The position numbers and the translations under genes are program-made. This document shows positions 1 through 10,100 of a DNA stretch of 64,000 nucleotides, in pieces (within the stretch, counting starts at the first letter, position 1; every line of letters starts with the position of its first letter). This DNA comes from an uncultured Lentimicrobiaceae bacterium (GTDB lineage: Bacteria; Bacteroidota; Bacteroidia; Bacteroidales; 4484-276), in NCBI GenBank assembly GCA_964593705.1, contig CAZQIV010000004.1, forward strand, positions 27,646 to 91,645. Reading direction: 5' to 3'. The notes under the pieces were generated by a model, which ran no database searches, had not been told where the DNA came from, and worked only from the letters and a program-made list of their open reading frames with translations.

Positions 1-2
1 AA

Positions 3-794
3 GATGGTAAAAAGATAAAACTTAAAGAACCGGAAGGTATTGAGATGCCCCTGAAAGGTTTTGCTGTTGAAGATAACGGCTATCAGGCTCCCGCTAAAAA
101 TGGCAGTATGATAAATATTGTGGTTGCTGAAGACTCGAACAGGCTTCAACTGTTAAGCCCTTTTAAAGCCTGGGATGGTGATGATATTAAAGGAATGAAA
201 TTGCTGATTAAAGCAAAAGGCAAATGTACGACAGACCATATTTCTATGGCCGGCCCCTGGCTCAGATATCGCGGACATTTGGATAATATTTCCAACAATA
301 TGCTTATTGGTGCTGAAAATTTATTTAATGGACTTACCAATTCGGTGAAGAATCAGATAGCTGGAAACTATGGAGAAGTTCCTGCCGTAGCAAGAGCTTA
401 TAAAGCAGAAGGAATCGACACTTTAGTAGTTGGAGATGAAAACTATGGAGAAGGATCTTCACGCGAACATGCAGCCATGGAGCCGCGCCATCTTGGAGTA
501 AGGGCAGTTTTGGTTCGTAGTTTTGCCCGTATCCACGAAACCAACCTTAAAAAGCAAGGCATGTTAGCACTTACTTTTGCCGACAAGGCAGATTATGATA
601 AGATTAAAGAAGATGACACTTTTGATATTGTTGGACTTAAAGATTTTGCGCCCGGGGTAGCTTTGACATTGGTGGCGCATCATACCGATGGCTCGACTGA
701 TAAGATTACTGTAAATCATACCTATAGCCCGGTTCAAATTGAATGGTTTAAAGCAGGCTCGGCATTAAATCTTATCAAAAAACAAAATAAGTAA
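3..794 (+). CDS. Aconitate hydratase, C-terminal part (5' end outside window)
   Basis: The frame is open from base 3, upstream of the listed Met. [40 protein letters not shown] is the conserved aconitase swivel-domain signature. Confidence 0.85.
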   Translation, partial: DGKKIKLKEPEGIEMPLKGFAVEDNGYQAPAKNGSMINIVVAEDSNRLQLLSPFKAWDGDDIKGMKLLIKAKGKCTTDHISMAGPWLRYRGHLDNISNNMLIGAENLFNGLTNSVKNQIAGNYGEVPAVARAYKAEGIDTLVVGDENYGEGSSREHAAMEPRHLGVRAVLVRSFARIHETNLKKQGMLALTFADKADYDKIKEDDTFDIVGLKDFAPGVALTLVAHHTDGSTDKITVNHTYSPVQIEWFKAGSALNLIKKQNK

Positions 795-813
795 ACCAAC
801 ATCAAATCACGAA

Positions 814-857
814 AAAGCCCTTTGAAAAATACTTTCAAAGGGCTTTTATTTTTTTTC
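814..857. terminator. Bidirectional rho-independent terminator between convergent genes
   Basis: Perfect 14-bp stem aaagccctttgaaa / tttcaaagggcttt (814-827 / 833-846) with a 5-nt loop. An A-run lies upstream and a T-run downstream. Confidence 0.8.
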
Positions 858-881
858 CCGATTAACAACCATTTGCACGGG

Positions 882-1865
882 TTAATACCCTGCATCAGAA
901 AAATACCTCATAAACTGTGTGCGTTCAAAGAGCACAGGTTGCTTAATGTTTTTCCGACTGGCTTTTCCCCTGAAATTCTCAATCGAATTGTAATTATGCC
1001 GCCGCATCCAATCAGTTAAGGTTTGTGTCATTTCGCTTAACACACTTGGCCCGTGTTTGTATATTGCCGAAACAATCTGGGTAACCTGCGCACCTACCAA
1101 AAGATTTTTGATTACAGCTTCTCCATCAAAAATACCTCGCGAAGCTGCCATATCCAAACGGACTTTCTGATAAAGAATCCCTATCCATCGGATGGTCATA
1201 ACATTGAGTTCTTTGCAACTCAGGATGTCACCAGGAATAATTTTCTCTTTTTCAATATCAACATCCGGACTGTAAAATTTATTAAAAAGAACAACAGCGG
1301 AGGCTTTAGTTTGAGAAACTTTATAAATAAAATTAGCAAGCCCCGAAAAATAATAAGAGATTTTAAGTGCATAAGGAATAGTAACAACATTACCGATCTT
1401 TTCGATAATATCGAAATAAATGTTCTCTTTTTCCTGGCCGGTATGATCAATTTCTGCCGGAAGCAAAAACAGATTGATCTCAAGCGCATCAGCGCCGGCC
1501 TCTTCAATCATTTTAGCATACGAAATCCATTCATCTGCCGACACACAGTTGATACTTGCAATCACCGGGATACTTAGCGCTTCTTTGTTTATTTTGATCA
1601 GCTTGATGTATTGTGAAATGTTATGTTTTTTAGAAAAATACATGGCATAATTTTCCTGATCGCTATAGGATCCATACATATTGTTCAATCGCTGTTCATC
1701 CACATCATGAAGGATTTGCTCCTCAAAAAGTGATTTTAGCACAATAGCGCCGACACCGGCTTTTTCGTAAGCAATCGAATTTTCGATATGTTCGGAAAGG
1801 CCGGAGCTACCGACAATGATCGGGCTTTTCAATTTAAGACCCATGTATGTTGTTGAAAGATCCAT
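882..1865 (-). CDS. Dihydroorotate dehydrogenase-like / PreA-like FMN TIM-barrel protein (last gene of Mbx-like operon)
   Basis: N-terminus GLKLKSPIIVGSSGLS and an overall class-1 DHOD/DPD barrel pattern, 327 aa, no ferredoxin domain. It lies 61 nt downstream of the GltD-like gene on the same strand. Confidence 0.7.
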   Translation of the reverse strand: MDLSTTYMGLKLKSPIIVGSSGLSEHIENSIAYEKAGVGAIVLKSLFEEQILHDVDEQRLNNMYGSYSDQENYAMYFSKKHNISQYIKLIKINKEALSIPVIASINCVSADEWISYAKMIEEAGADALEINLFLLPAEIDHTGQEKENIYFDIIEKIGNVVTIPYALKISYYFSGLANFIYKVSQTKASAVVLFNKFYSPDVDIEKEKIIPGDILSCKELNVMTIRWIGILYQKVRLDMAASRGIFDGEAVIKNLLVGAQVTQIVSAIYKHGPSVLSEMTQTLTDWMRRHNYNSIENFRGKASRKNIKQPVLFERTQFMRYFSDAGY

Positions 1866-1926
1866 AATTATAAAATTTAGAAGTTGGTAAATTTAATAGA
1901 GCAAATCTTTTGAAACTTAAAAAGCA

Positions 1927-3729
1927 TTACTGTTTATCAGGATGCAAAAACCTGTCGATTCCTTTTGCTGCGCTGTGTCCATTGGCAATACCATGTATTA
2001 CATCAGGCCCCTGGATAATGTCGCCACCAAAAAACAGCCAGGGCAAACTTGATTGGAAAACATCATTTACCATGATTCTTCCCCGTGGTCCCATTTCGAT
2101 ATTATCTTTTATATCCTGCGAAAGATAGCTCAGATCCATGCCCTGCCCGATGGATTCAACAACCATGTCGCCTTCGAAGAATTTGGTTGTGTCGAGATTG
2201 CATTGTGGGTTGAACATTCCTTTTTCATCGAACAATGAAAGACATTGAGCCACATGCAGGCCTTTAATTTTCCCATCAGATATTTCGATGCGCTGGGGTG
2301 CCCATCCCGGATCTACAATAGCATCTTCTTCGCGCGCTTCTACAACTTCTTCGCGATCAGCAGGCATTTTCTCTTCGGTTTCCAAACAAGTGGCAATGAC
2401 CTGTACTTTACCATACTTTTGCTTTTGAAGCCTTGCCAGCGAACGGGTAATATCCATAGCCACATTACCGCCACCAATAACAATAATTTTTTTGGCCAGA
2501 TGAATTTCTTCACCGAGGGTAATCTTGCGCAACAATTCGATGGCCTGAAAAACGTGCTTATGATCTGAGCCTTCGATGCGGGTGCTGCGACCCAAGTGGA
2601 GGCCGGTTCCTGCAAATACAGCATCAAAATCTTTTTCCAGGTCTTCAAGCAAAATATCTTTTCCTATGGTGGTATTATATTTAATCTTTACTCCTAAAGA
2701 TAAAATGTATTCGATGTCTTTATCGATCTGATCGTAGGGCAACCTGTATTCAGGAATCCCAAAACGCATCATACCCCCGGCATGAGAAAGTTTTTCGTAA
2801 ATGGTACATTCGTATCCCATCAGGGCGAGGTAATGCGCTGCCGATAGTCCGGAAGACCCTGAACCGATAATGGCAACTTTCTTTCCATTTGTGGTCAGGT
2901 TTTCAGTTTCAAGAATCTGTTTGTATTTTTCTGAAGGATTCTGGTCGGCAATGTAGCGTTTGAGCCAGCGAATAGAGATGGCTTCGCCACGATGTCCGAT
3001 CGAACAAACAGTTTCGCATTTGTGAGTACAAATCCTGCCGCATATTTCGGGCAACGGGTTTGTGTCGTATAAAATGCGCAGACCCTCTTCGAGGTCATCG
3101 TTGCGGATGGCTTTGATGTATTCGGGAATTCCCATGTGAGCCGGGCAGGTTGCCGTACAAATACCACATGCAACGCACCGGTCGGCCTCCTTCAGTGCTT
3201 CTTCCTTTGAATAGCCTTTAATCATCTCAACAAACGAGTCACTTCTTTCTTCAGGATGGAGATGCTCCATTCTTGCCCGCTGAAGGCCATAAAATTCGTA
3301 ATTTCCTTCCGGCTTTTTCCAGCCCTTTTCTTCATTTTGCCAGACTTTTTCGTCAACTCCGGGTGTAAAACGATAAGCTTCCGGGTCTTCTTCAACCCAG
3401 TTATAGGCATTCGATAATTTTAGTGAGCCTGTTGTACACACATCCACACACAAAGCACACCAGCAGCAACGGCCATAATCAATACGGGGGCGCAAACCAC
3501 TGTCGCCATCTTTGGTTTCGATGCCTTCGACCGGCACCATATCAATGGCTTCATTTTCACAAATATCTTCACAGGTTCCGCAACCGATACACAGATCAAG
3601 GTCGTTTTGGTGGAAACCACGATAACGCTCTGCACCTGGTCGCTCATTGATTGGATCTTTTAAAGCCACCGGCTCGTCAAAAACTTTTTTCCATGCGGAA
3701 AAAGGAGACAAAATATCTTTAATTTTCAT
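1927..3729 (-). CDS. Fusion protein: NuoI/MbxN-type 2x[4Fe-4S] domain + GltD/NfnB-like NAD(P)H-dependent FAD oxidoreductase
   Basis: N-terminal CIGCGTCEDIC...CCWCALCVDVC. The GltD part has CVACGICTATCP / CGRICTHKCETVC, KVAIIGSGSSGLSAAHYL and IIVIGGGNVAMD. The track start at 3741 is TTG; the ATG at 3729 (MKIKDIL) is more likely. Confidence 0.8.
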   Translation of the reverse strand: MKIKDILSPFSAWKKVFDEPVALKDPINERPGAERYRGFHQNDLDLCIGCGTCEDICENEAIDMVPVEGIETKDGDSGLRPRIDYGRCCWCALCVDVCTTGSLKLSNAYNWVEEDPEAYRFTPGVDEKVWQNEEKGWKKPEGNYEFYGLQRARMEHLHPEERSDSFVEMIKGYSKEEALKEADRCVACGICTATCPAHMGIPEYIKAIRNDDLEEGLRILYDTNPLPEICGRICTHKCETVCSIGHRGEAISIRWLKRYIADQNPSEKYKQILETENLTTNGKKVAIIGSGSSGLSAAHYLALMGYECTIYEKLSHAGGMMRFGIPEYRLPYDQIDKDIEYILSLGVKIKYNTTIGKDILLEDLEKDFDAVFAGTGLHLGRSTRIEGSDHKHVFQAIELLRKITLGEEIHLAKKIIVIGGGNVAMDITRSLARLQKQKYGKVQVIATCLETEEKMPADREEVVEAREEDAIVDPGWAPQRIEISDGKIKGLHVAQCLSLFDEKGMFNPQCNLDTTKFFEGDMVVESIGQGMDLSYLSQDIKDNIEMGPRGRIMVNDVFQSSLPWLFFGGDIIQGPDVIHGIANGHSAAKGIDRFLHPDKQ

Positions 3730-3821
3730 TGTTCTGTTCAATTTTACTGTTGTCCTTCAAGCAGAAAAGCAGTTATTGTTATTCTATAATTGCAAAATAT
3801 TGTTCCAAATATTGTGGTTCA

Positions 3822-5021
3822 TCATCGTTCAATTTCGGGTGGGCAGGTGGCAAGAGAAACCATGATGGCCGACACATCAGAAATATTAGCATTTACAAGC
3901 AGCCGTTCGAGAACCGAAACAGCATGGGTATAGCTGGGGCCGCGCAAGTTGATCCTTCGTGGAAATTCACTTCCATCCGAAACCATATAAAAACCGTATT
4001 CACCACGGCTCGACTCGCATCTTACATAGGTTTCTCCTTTGGGTATTTTCCAGTGTAACACATTAGGAGTTTCCGCACGGATATCGCCTTTGTCGGGCAT
4101 TTTAGCCATGATTTGCCTAAGTAAGTCAATTGTTGTTGTGAGGTCTTTTCGCCGCACCAAAAATCTTGAAAACACATCCGAATCATTTTCGATGTTATAA
4201 TCAAAATCGAGTTGATCGTAATATAGATATGGATAATCTTTACGCACATCTCGTTTAAATCCGGCTGCCCTGGCTACGGGACCAACAATTCCGTAGTGAT
4301 CCACCCAGTCGTTTGGAATATGGCCTATGCCAATGGTGCGCTTTTTAAATACCGCATTATTAAAGATAAGCTTATCGATGTCTTTTGCAAATTCCTCAAT
4401 TTTCACAAGATTTTCTTCGAGGCGTTTTTTAAAGCCATCAGGAAGCAAACCCCTTACTCCGCCTGGCAAAATATACATGTGATAAATTCTGGCGCCTGTA
4501 AGTTCTTCCATTCGGTCGAGGATGAGTTCGCGATAATACAAGCCCCATGCCCCTCCAAGTCCTAAGCCGATAGTTCCGGCCTGCCCAGGCACCATGCGCA
4601 GCAAAACCTGCAAGCGTGCCATTTCGAGTACAATCATCCTAAGCCAGTTTGCCATTTCGGGTACTTCAATTCCGGCCAGTTCTTCAACACCACGTGCCAG
4701 GTTATATTCGTTGGTATCAGGCTCGGGAACACACATGCGGATGCATGTCGGAAAGCATTGAATATAACGGCGGCGCTCGAACAGTTTTTCGAAGCCACGA
4801 TGCAGGTAGCCAACATGGGTTTTCGATTCCATCACCTCATCGCCGCTAATGGTTAGCTCAAGCGACATGTTGCCCGTTACTCCGGGATGGTTTGGCCCTT
4901 GCCAGACTTTTATAAATTTTTGCGACTGTAGATCAAGCACGGGCTTTCCATTTTCGTCCGTTTCGGGGAATAGGCTTCTGTCGGCTTTCCAGTTTAACAT
5001 ATTTCCGGATTTATTATTCAT
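3822..5021 (-). CDS. NuoD / MbxL-like catalytic subunit (not a [NiFe]-hydrogenase: both CxxC motifs are degenerate)
   Basis: 399 aa with GYLHRGFEKL and other NuoD/HycE-family blocks. It reads IRMCVPEPD at the L1 position and ends SLATCPPEIER. It overlaps the NuoC-like gene by 8 nt. Confidence 0.8.
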   Translation of the reverse strand: MNNKSGNMLNWKADRSLFPETDENGKPVLDLQSQKFIKVWQGPNHPGVTGNMSLELTISGDEVMESKTHVGYLHRGFEKLFERRRYIQCFPTCIRMCVPEPDTNEYNLARGVEELAGIEVPEMANWLRMIVLEMARLQVLLRMVPGQAGTIGLGLGGAWGLYYRELILDRMEELTGARIYHMYILPGGVRGLLPDGFKKRLEENLVKIEEFAKDIDKLIFNNAVFKKRTIGIGHIPNDWVDHYGIVGPVARAAGFKRDVRKDYPYLYYDQLDFDYNIENDSDVFSRFLVRRKDLTTTIDLLRQIMAKMPDKGDIRAETPNVLHWKIPKGETYVRCESSRGEYGFYMVSDGSEFPRRINLRGPSYTHAVSVLERLLVNANISDVSAIMVSLATCPPEIER

Positions 5022-5541
5022 CGGGATAGAGCTTTTGTTTCATGTAAGTTGCCGGGTCGTATGTTGTACGTCCGGGCCTCGGGAAATAGGTTTCTTCTGA
5101 GTATTTTTTAGTGTCGAAATCACGACGCATCGGAGGCATGTTATCCCAGCCTTCGAGCAAAAATGGTTCGTCCACACGCGGGCTGCCCGGAAAGTCGATG
5201 CCATACATCTCTTTCATTTCGCGTTGGAAAGTTGCAGCATGACCCCAGAGCGTATGTATCGAATCCATGTTTTCGCCATCGCGGCTAATGAAGGTACGCA
5301 GACCCAGGTCGGTTTTCGTTTCAGGGTTATTGAGCATGTAAGTAATCTGAAATTTTCCATCTTCAATCCAGTCAACGGCAGTAATCAGGATAAGATTCAC
5401 AAATCCCTCAAACGATTTCAGGTATTCGATCATCGGCAACAACTTCGCTTTTTGTACAGAGCAAAAAATTTGATAATCTTTTTTTTGCTGCAAATCGAAA
5501 ATGTCGAACCGGCTAATAAGTGTTTTAATCAAGTTTTCCAT
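5014..5541 (-). CDS. NuoC / MbxK-like subunit
   Basis: The C-terminal part of the ORF matches the NuoC 30-kDa family (TLWGHAATFQREMKEMYGIDF). The track ORF up to 5799 overlaps the NuoB-like gene. The ATG at 5541 (MENLIKT) sits 10 nt after the NuoB-like stop. Confidence 0.75.
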   Translation of the reverse strand: MENLIKTLISRFDIFDLQQKKDYQIFCSVQKAKLLPMIEYLKSFEGFVNLILITAVDWIEDGKFQITYMLNNPETKTDLGLRTFISRDGENMDSIHTLWGHAATFQREMKEMYGIDFPGSPRVDEPFLLEGWDNMPPMRRDFDTKKYSEETYFPRPGRTTYDPATYMKQKLYPDE

Positions 5542-5551
5542 AGTCAAAATG

Positions 5552-6232
5552 TTACCAGTTGTAATCGGGCATATTCCAGTCCTTAATAATTTTTTTCTGA
5601 TTGGCTTTGTACCAATCCAGATTGGTAATATATTCATTGGCGCCTTCGGCTCTGCCAGCTTTAATTCTTTCTTTGAGTTTATTGAATCCTGAGAGGATGG
5701 CTTCGGGACGAGGCATACACCCTGCAACATAAACATCAACAGGCATATAATGATCGAGGCGGTTGATGGTGTTGTAACTGTCCCAGTACATTCCGCCATT
5801 GATTGTGCAGCTTCCCAGGGCGATTACAAATTTGGGGTTTTGCATTTGTTCATAAGTCCTGATGGCGCGTTTGAGGGTTTTAACCGCGAGGTAGCCCGAA
5901 ATGATAATTACCGATGACTGGCGGGGTGTTGGCCGCATGGCTACACCATAACGATAGGCATCGAAGCGGGGTGAAAAAAGCGGTGGAAGCTCAATACTTC
6001 CGCAACCAGTGCCGAATGCCAATACCCACAGCGACTCGGCGCGTGCCCAGTTTAGAAACTTTTCGATGGTTTTATTACGGGGTTCTGATACTTTTGGCCG
6101 TTCGGTGCAAAAATAATCCTGCAATGGATCCACATTAATTTCTTCGCCTTCGGGGCCAATTACAACATGCTTCCGGTTTTCCGGCGCCAGGAATTTATCT
6201 TCCGTATTCTGTATGTTTTTTTCTTCTGACAT
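5552..6232 (-). CDS. NuoB / MbxJ-like small subunit ([4Fe-4S] N2-type)
   Basis: Contains SLWVLAFGTGCGSIE, LGSCTINGG and YVAGCMPRPE, the NuoB/hydrogenase small-subunit motifs. It has a ~60-aa N-terminal extension. Confidence 0.8.
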   Translation of the reverse strand: MSEEKNIQNTEDKFLAPENRKHVVIGPEGEEINVDPLQDYFCTERPKVSEPRNKTIEKFLNWARAESLWVLAFGTGCGSIELPPLFSPRFDAYRYGVAMRPTPRQSSVIIISGYLAVKTLKRAIRTYEQMQNPKFVIALGSCTINGGMYWDSYNTINRLDHYMPVDVYVAGCMPRPEAILSGFNKLKERIKAGRAEGANEYITNLDWYKANQKKIIKDWNMPDYNW

Positions 6233-6259
6233 TTTGAAAATTTTCCTTTGTCAAATAAA

Positions 6260-7168
6260 TTAAAAAATCAATATCACAATTGACAATACGCCCAATACCA
6301 GCGGAATTTTGAGCATCCACGGAATGGACTGATCAACACGGAAGCGCGGAAAAACCATCCCTACAAAAACCGCCCAGAAATACACAAAAAATGATTTCAC
6401 AATCAGTTCGAGCCAGCTTGAGGCTCCTCCAAAAAAGAGATTCATGTAGAGTACCGCTTCGATAACATGAAGTATTGCCCTGTTGGTTTGTAACACGCCG
6501 AGAAAGGTTCCATGGTATTCGGTTGGTGGCCCGATAGGATTTTCTTGCGGAGCCATCACAACATTGAAGGGGGAGTGACCCATAGCTCCTAAAAATGATA
6601 ACATTGCAGCAATGGTTGCCAGTGGATTGGTAAAAATAGTCCAGTGTAATATTCCGCCCTGCTGCATGGCTACAATTTCGGAAATCGACAAAGTTTTATA
6701 CTGGATGGCCAACGAAAGTACTGCCAGTGTAAAAGGCACTTCAATGGCCGTAAATTGTGCCAGACCCCTCGAAATTCCAATTGCTGAATAAGGATGACCA
6801 CCTTCGCCGGCGCCCAGCGCCATTCCAAGCATCCCAAAAAACATAAAATACGCAATGAGGATCAGGTCGCCGGTAAATGAAAAATTATTCCATATCTCCG
6901 AGCCGTAGATTAGCGGCATAAACAAAAAGATACCTACCCCCCCCGAAAGCCTGAACACAGGTCCCAGGTAAAACATTACCCCATGACTGAGTTGCGAGCG
7001 GATGCTGTAGTTTTTAATCAGATTGATATAAGGCTGATAAACTTTTATCCCCCTTCTCATGCTTACCCGCGCAATAATTTTTCTGATAATACCCGCCATG
7101 ATCAGCCCCCAGTTGAGGATGATAAAAAGACCGAGTAAAACGAATCCGATTTTTATAAGTAGTTCCAT
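6260..7168 (-). CDS. NuoH / MbxM-like integral membrane subunit
   Basis: 302-aa polytopic membrane protein of the NuoH/HycD type, placed between the antiporter and NuoB-like genes as in mbx. Confidence 0.7.
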   Translation of the reverse strand: MELLIKIGFVLLGLFIILNWGLIMAGIIRKIIARVSMRRGIKVYQPYINLIKNYSIRSQLSHGVMFYLGPVFRLSGGVGIFLFMPLIYGSEIWNNFSFTGDLILIAYFMFFGMLGMALGAGEGGHPYSAIGISRGLAQFTAIEVPFTLAVLSLAIQYKTLSISEIVAMQQGGILHWTIFTNPLATIAAMLSFLGAMGHSPFNVVMAPQENPIGPPTEYHGTFLGVLQTNRAILHVIEAVLYMNLFFGGASSWLELIVKSFFVYFWAVFVGMVFPRFRVDQSIPWMLKIPLVLGVLSIVILIF

Positions 7169-7169
7169 G

Positions 7170-10100
7170 TTAAAAAATTATCAAATACACAATAATGATG
7201 TATGCAAGAATATGGGCAAGATATGTTTGGCCGTTGCCGGAATAGATTTTCCTAAAACTATCGGCAAAGGCATGGGAAGTGCTGTTTACACCATCCCAAA
7301 AGCGTGTAACTACCGGAGTAGTCAGAAATCCTAATGCCCTGTTGTAGGGGGAAAACATATTGTGCGAAAAATGAGTGGTTTCGGGAGTAAATGGCCGTTC
7401 GCCGGAATAAACAATATTAAACTGTTTTACATTCTGAGCTTTGCGGCTCATTATCAAGAGCCAGGTGAGCAGCGTAACAAACATAACCCCGATCACCAGC
7501 ATAATTTTGTATCCACTCCAGTAACCCAGGTTGGTTGAAGCGGTAACGTTTTCCCATGTTAGCGGGTCGGTGGGGAAATACCCTGCCTGCGAAAGTAAGG
7601 CACCAATAGGTTGAAGTACCAGATCGGGGCGGGCCGAAAATATCATAATGCCAACAATAAGAATAAACTGAGGTAAAATATACCAAATCGGAACTTCCTT
7701 TACCTTCCTGAACTTATCTTTGGGCTGACCCAAAAAGATGGAATAAATCAGCTTGAAACAATATAAGAATGCAATGGTTCCAGAGAAAAATACGATGCCC
7801 CCCTGAAAATACCAGCCTTTAGAGATAACTGCATTGTAAAAAAGCCATTTACCGGCGTAACCCGACAATGGAGGAATTCCGGCAAGGGTAATAATACCTA
7901 TTAAAACGGCGATGAAACTCCAGGGCATACTTTTGATAAGGCCTCCCATTTCGTACATGTTGTGGGTCTTCACACGCATAACCACTCCGCCAATAGCGAG
8001 GAACAGCAAGGTTTTAAACATGAAGTGGTTGATCGAATAAGTTAATCCTGTAAGCCAGCCAACATTGGTCATAAAGGCAAAAGCAAAAAGGATGTATCCC
8101 AGGTTTCCCACACTCGAATAAGCCAGCAACCTTTTCGCATCTTCCTGGAAAACAGCCATCAGGTTGCCCCCCAGGGCAGTTATTGCTCCCAGCCATCCTA
8201 AGGCATAAAGCAGGGGATGCCCTCCGGCATTTTCAGCACCCATTGCCAGAAATAAAACGATAAGCCCAAAAGCGCCTCCCTTTAGCAAAATACCGGAAAC
8301 CATGGGTGAAACATCCGACTCTGCCTCGGCGTGTGCTCCGGGCAACCAGATGTGCAAACCCAGGGCAGCAGTTTTGGTAAGAAAACCTACAGCCAGCAAA
8401 GTGTAAGCCCATCCCGGAAAATGCGTTGTATTGAGCAGTGATAGCGAAATACCCGACTGTCCGGCCACCGAAAGCGCAATGCCCATAAATATCAGGTAAG
8501 CGCCTCCAAGCGAAAACAACATATAATTATAAGCATGAACAAGGGATTTTTTGCCCCTGATGATGAGCACATACGAACCTAAGGTCATCAACTCCCAGGC
8601 AAAGAAAAACTGAAGCAAATTTTTAGCTTCCACCAACCCGATCAAACCGGCATACATCATAATGGCAAAAGGGAAAAACCCGGGGCGTTTGCCTTTTACC
8701 GAATATCCGGCAAATAAGGTGAGCAGGCCGCCAATAAGGAAAATGCCTGCAAAAACCAGTCGCAGGGTATCGTCTTGTAGTGAAGGATAAAGTTGCCATG
8801 CGTAATATCCCATGCCAACAATGGCAATGGTATTTTTTATTCGGGCAGGCAAAAAATCAAGAACAAAAAGCAATAGAATAAAATAAACGGGGATCAGATT
8901 AAGGCTTAACCCACCCGGAACAGCTCCGATGGCAAAATGACTGACACCAATAATTGCCAGCGCAAACACAGCCACAGGAATAAGTTTTTCGATTCCTAAA
9001 TCAATTTTCTGGTCGGCTTCAATATCCAGCTTAATGGCAAATCCCAACCAACGGAAAAGATAAACCCCTTCGAACATCGATCCCAGGAGAATCGCAACGA
9101 TCCATCCAAATTGCCCTTGCGAAGCCAAATCCATGACCAACTGCCATTTTCCAAAAAATGAGGGAAATGGAGGAAATCCTATCAAAGCGAAAGCAAAAAG
9201 ACCGAAAGCGACTAACAGCAACGGCTTGGTTCGCAATACCGACCAGCTTCTGATGTTTTCTTTTCCAATCATACCCGATAACCAAAACAATCCTGCCTTA
9301 GCTAAAAAGTGACTGATAAACAAGCCAAAAAATACCATGCGAAGGTGGTTTCCCAAAAGATGGGAAAAACCGATAACTGCCACCATTAAACCTATCTGGC
9401 CTATTGATGAATATCCCAGCAGTCGGTTTGCATTTTGTTGGGCAATGCCCAGCACATTTGATCCTACAAAAGTTATCATCCCAATTAGGGCAACCACATT
9501 CATCCAGTCGTTTGTTCCGAAAGGCAACAATTTATAAAGCACGAAAAGTGAGGCCGTAGCCGTACCCGATGAAATCATGGCGCTTATTCCCGGATGGGCC
9601 GATTGATAAACATCAAGCCCCCAGCCATTAGCAGGAAAAGGTTTAAGCTCCAGCAGCACCGCAATAATTACAAGAAATACAGCCGTTGACAGTCCTTTGA
9701 CAGCCCCGGTATTTTTGCTAATAAAATCATCGATGTTGAGTGTGCCTGCAAAATAATAGATGAATCCAATTCCTAAAAGTAATACTGTTGAAATTACACT
9801 AACAGCAATTAAATATTTAAAACCTGCCGAAACCGAATCGATATTTTTCTTGAGAAAAATAAGGCCAATGATCGCAATGGAGGCAATTTCCAAAAATACA
9901 AACATGTTAAAAATATCGCGGGTCATAATAATAACATTCAACCCCATGATAAGTACCAGGAAAAGCACAACGGCACTTGCACCAGCTTCTTTAAAGGTTT
10001 TATACAAATATAAAAATCCAAAAAATCCAAGGATATTTGTAGCTGAGGTCAGAAATGCTTCTTCGATACCCATTTTCAGATTGATCGAAAAGGGTGGCAG

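Noticed and set aside
1053-1577. Long antisense ORFs inside large genes. Examples: 1053..1577, 24585..25106, 39683..40249, 44787..45176, 45480..46079, 9760..10116.
   Set aside because: They lie entirely opposite well-supported genes and have low-complexity, Cys/Phe/Ile-rich shadow-frame composition with no recognisable motifs. They are typical shadow ORFs.
3822-5021. Calling the NuoD-like protein a [NiFe]-hydrogenase large subunit (Mbh/Ech/Hyc type).
   Set aside because: Both Ni-Fe-binding CxxC motifs are degenerate (CVPE and CPPE). No hyp/hyc maturation genes or C-terminal protease cleavage motif are visible.
5542-5799. N-terminal extensions of track ORFs: NuoC-like to 5799, MnhF-like to 12363, SPOR protein to 50030, TrmH to 52525, DUF4040-like to 11650.
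   Set aside because: The extensions overlap the upstream gene or a MITE. Internal ATG codons placed a few nt after the upstream stop give family-typical N-termini and lengths.
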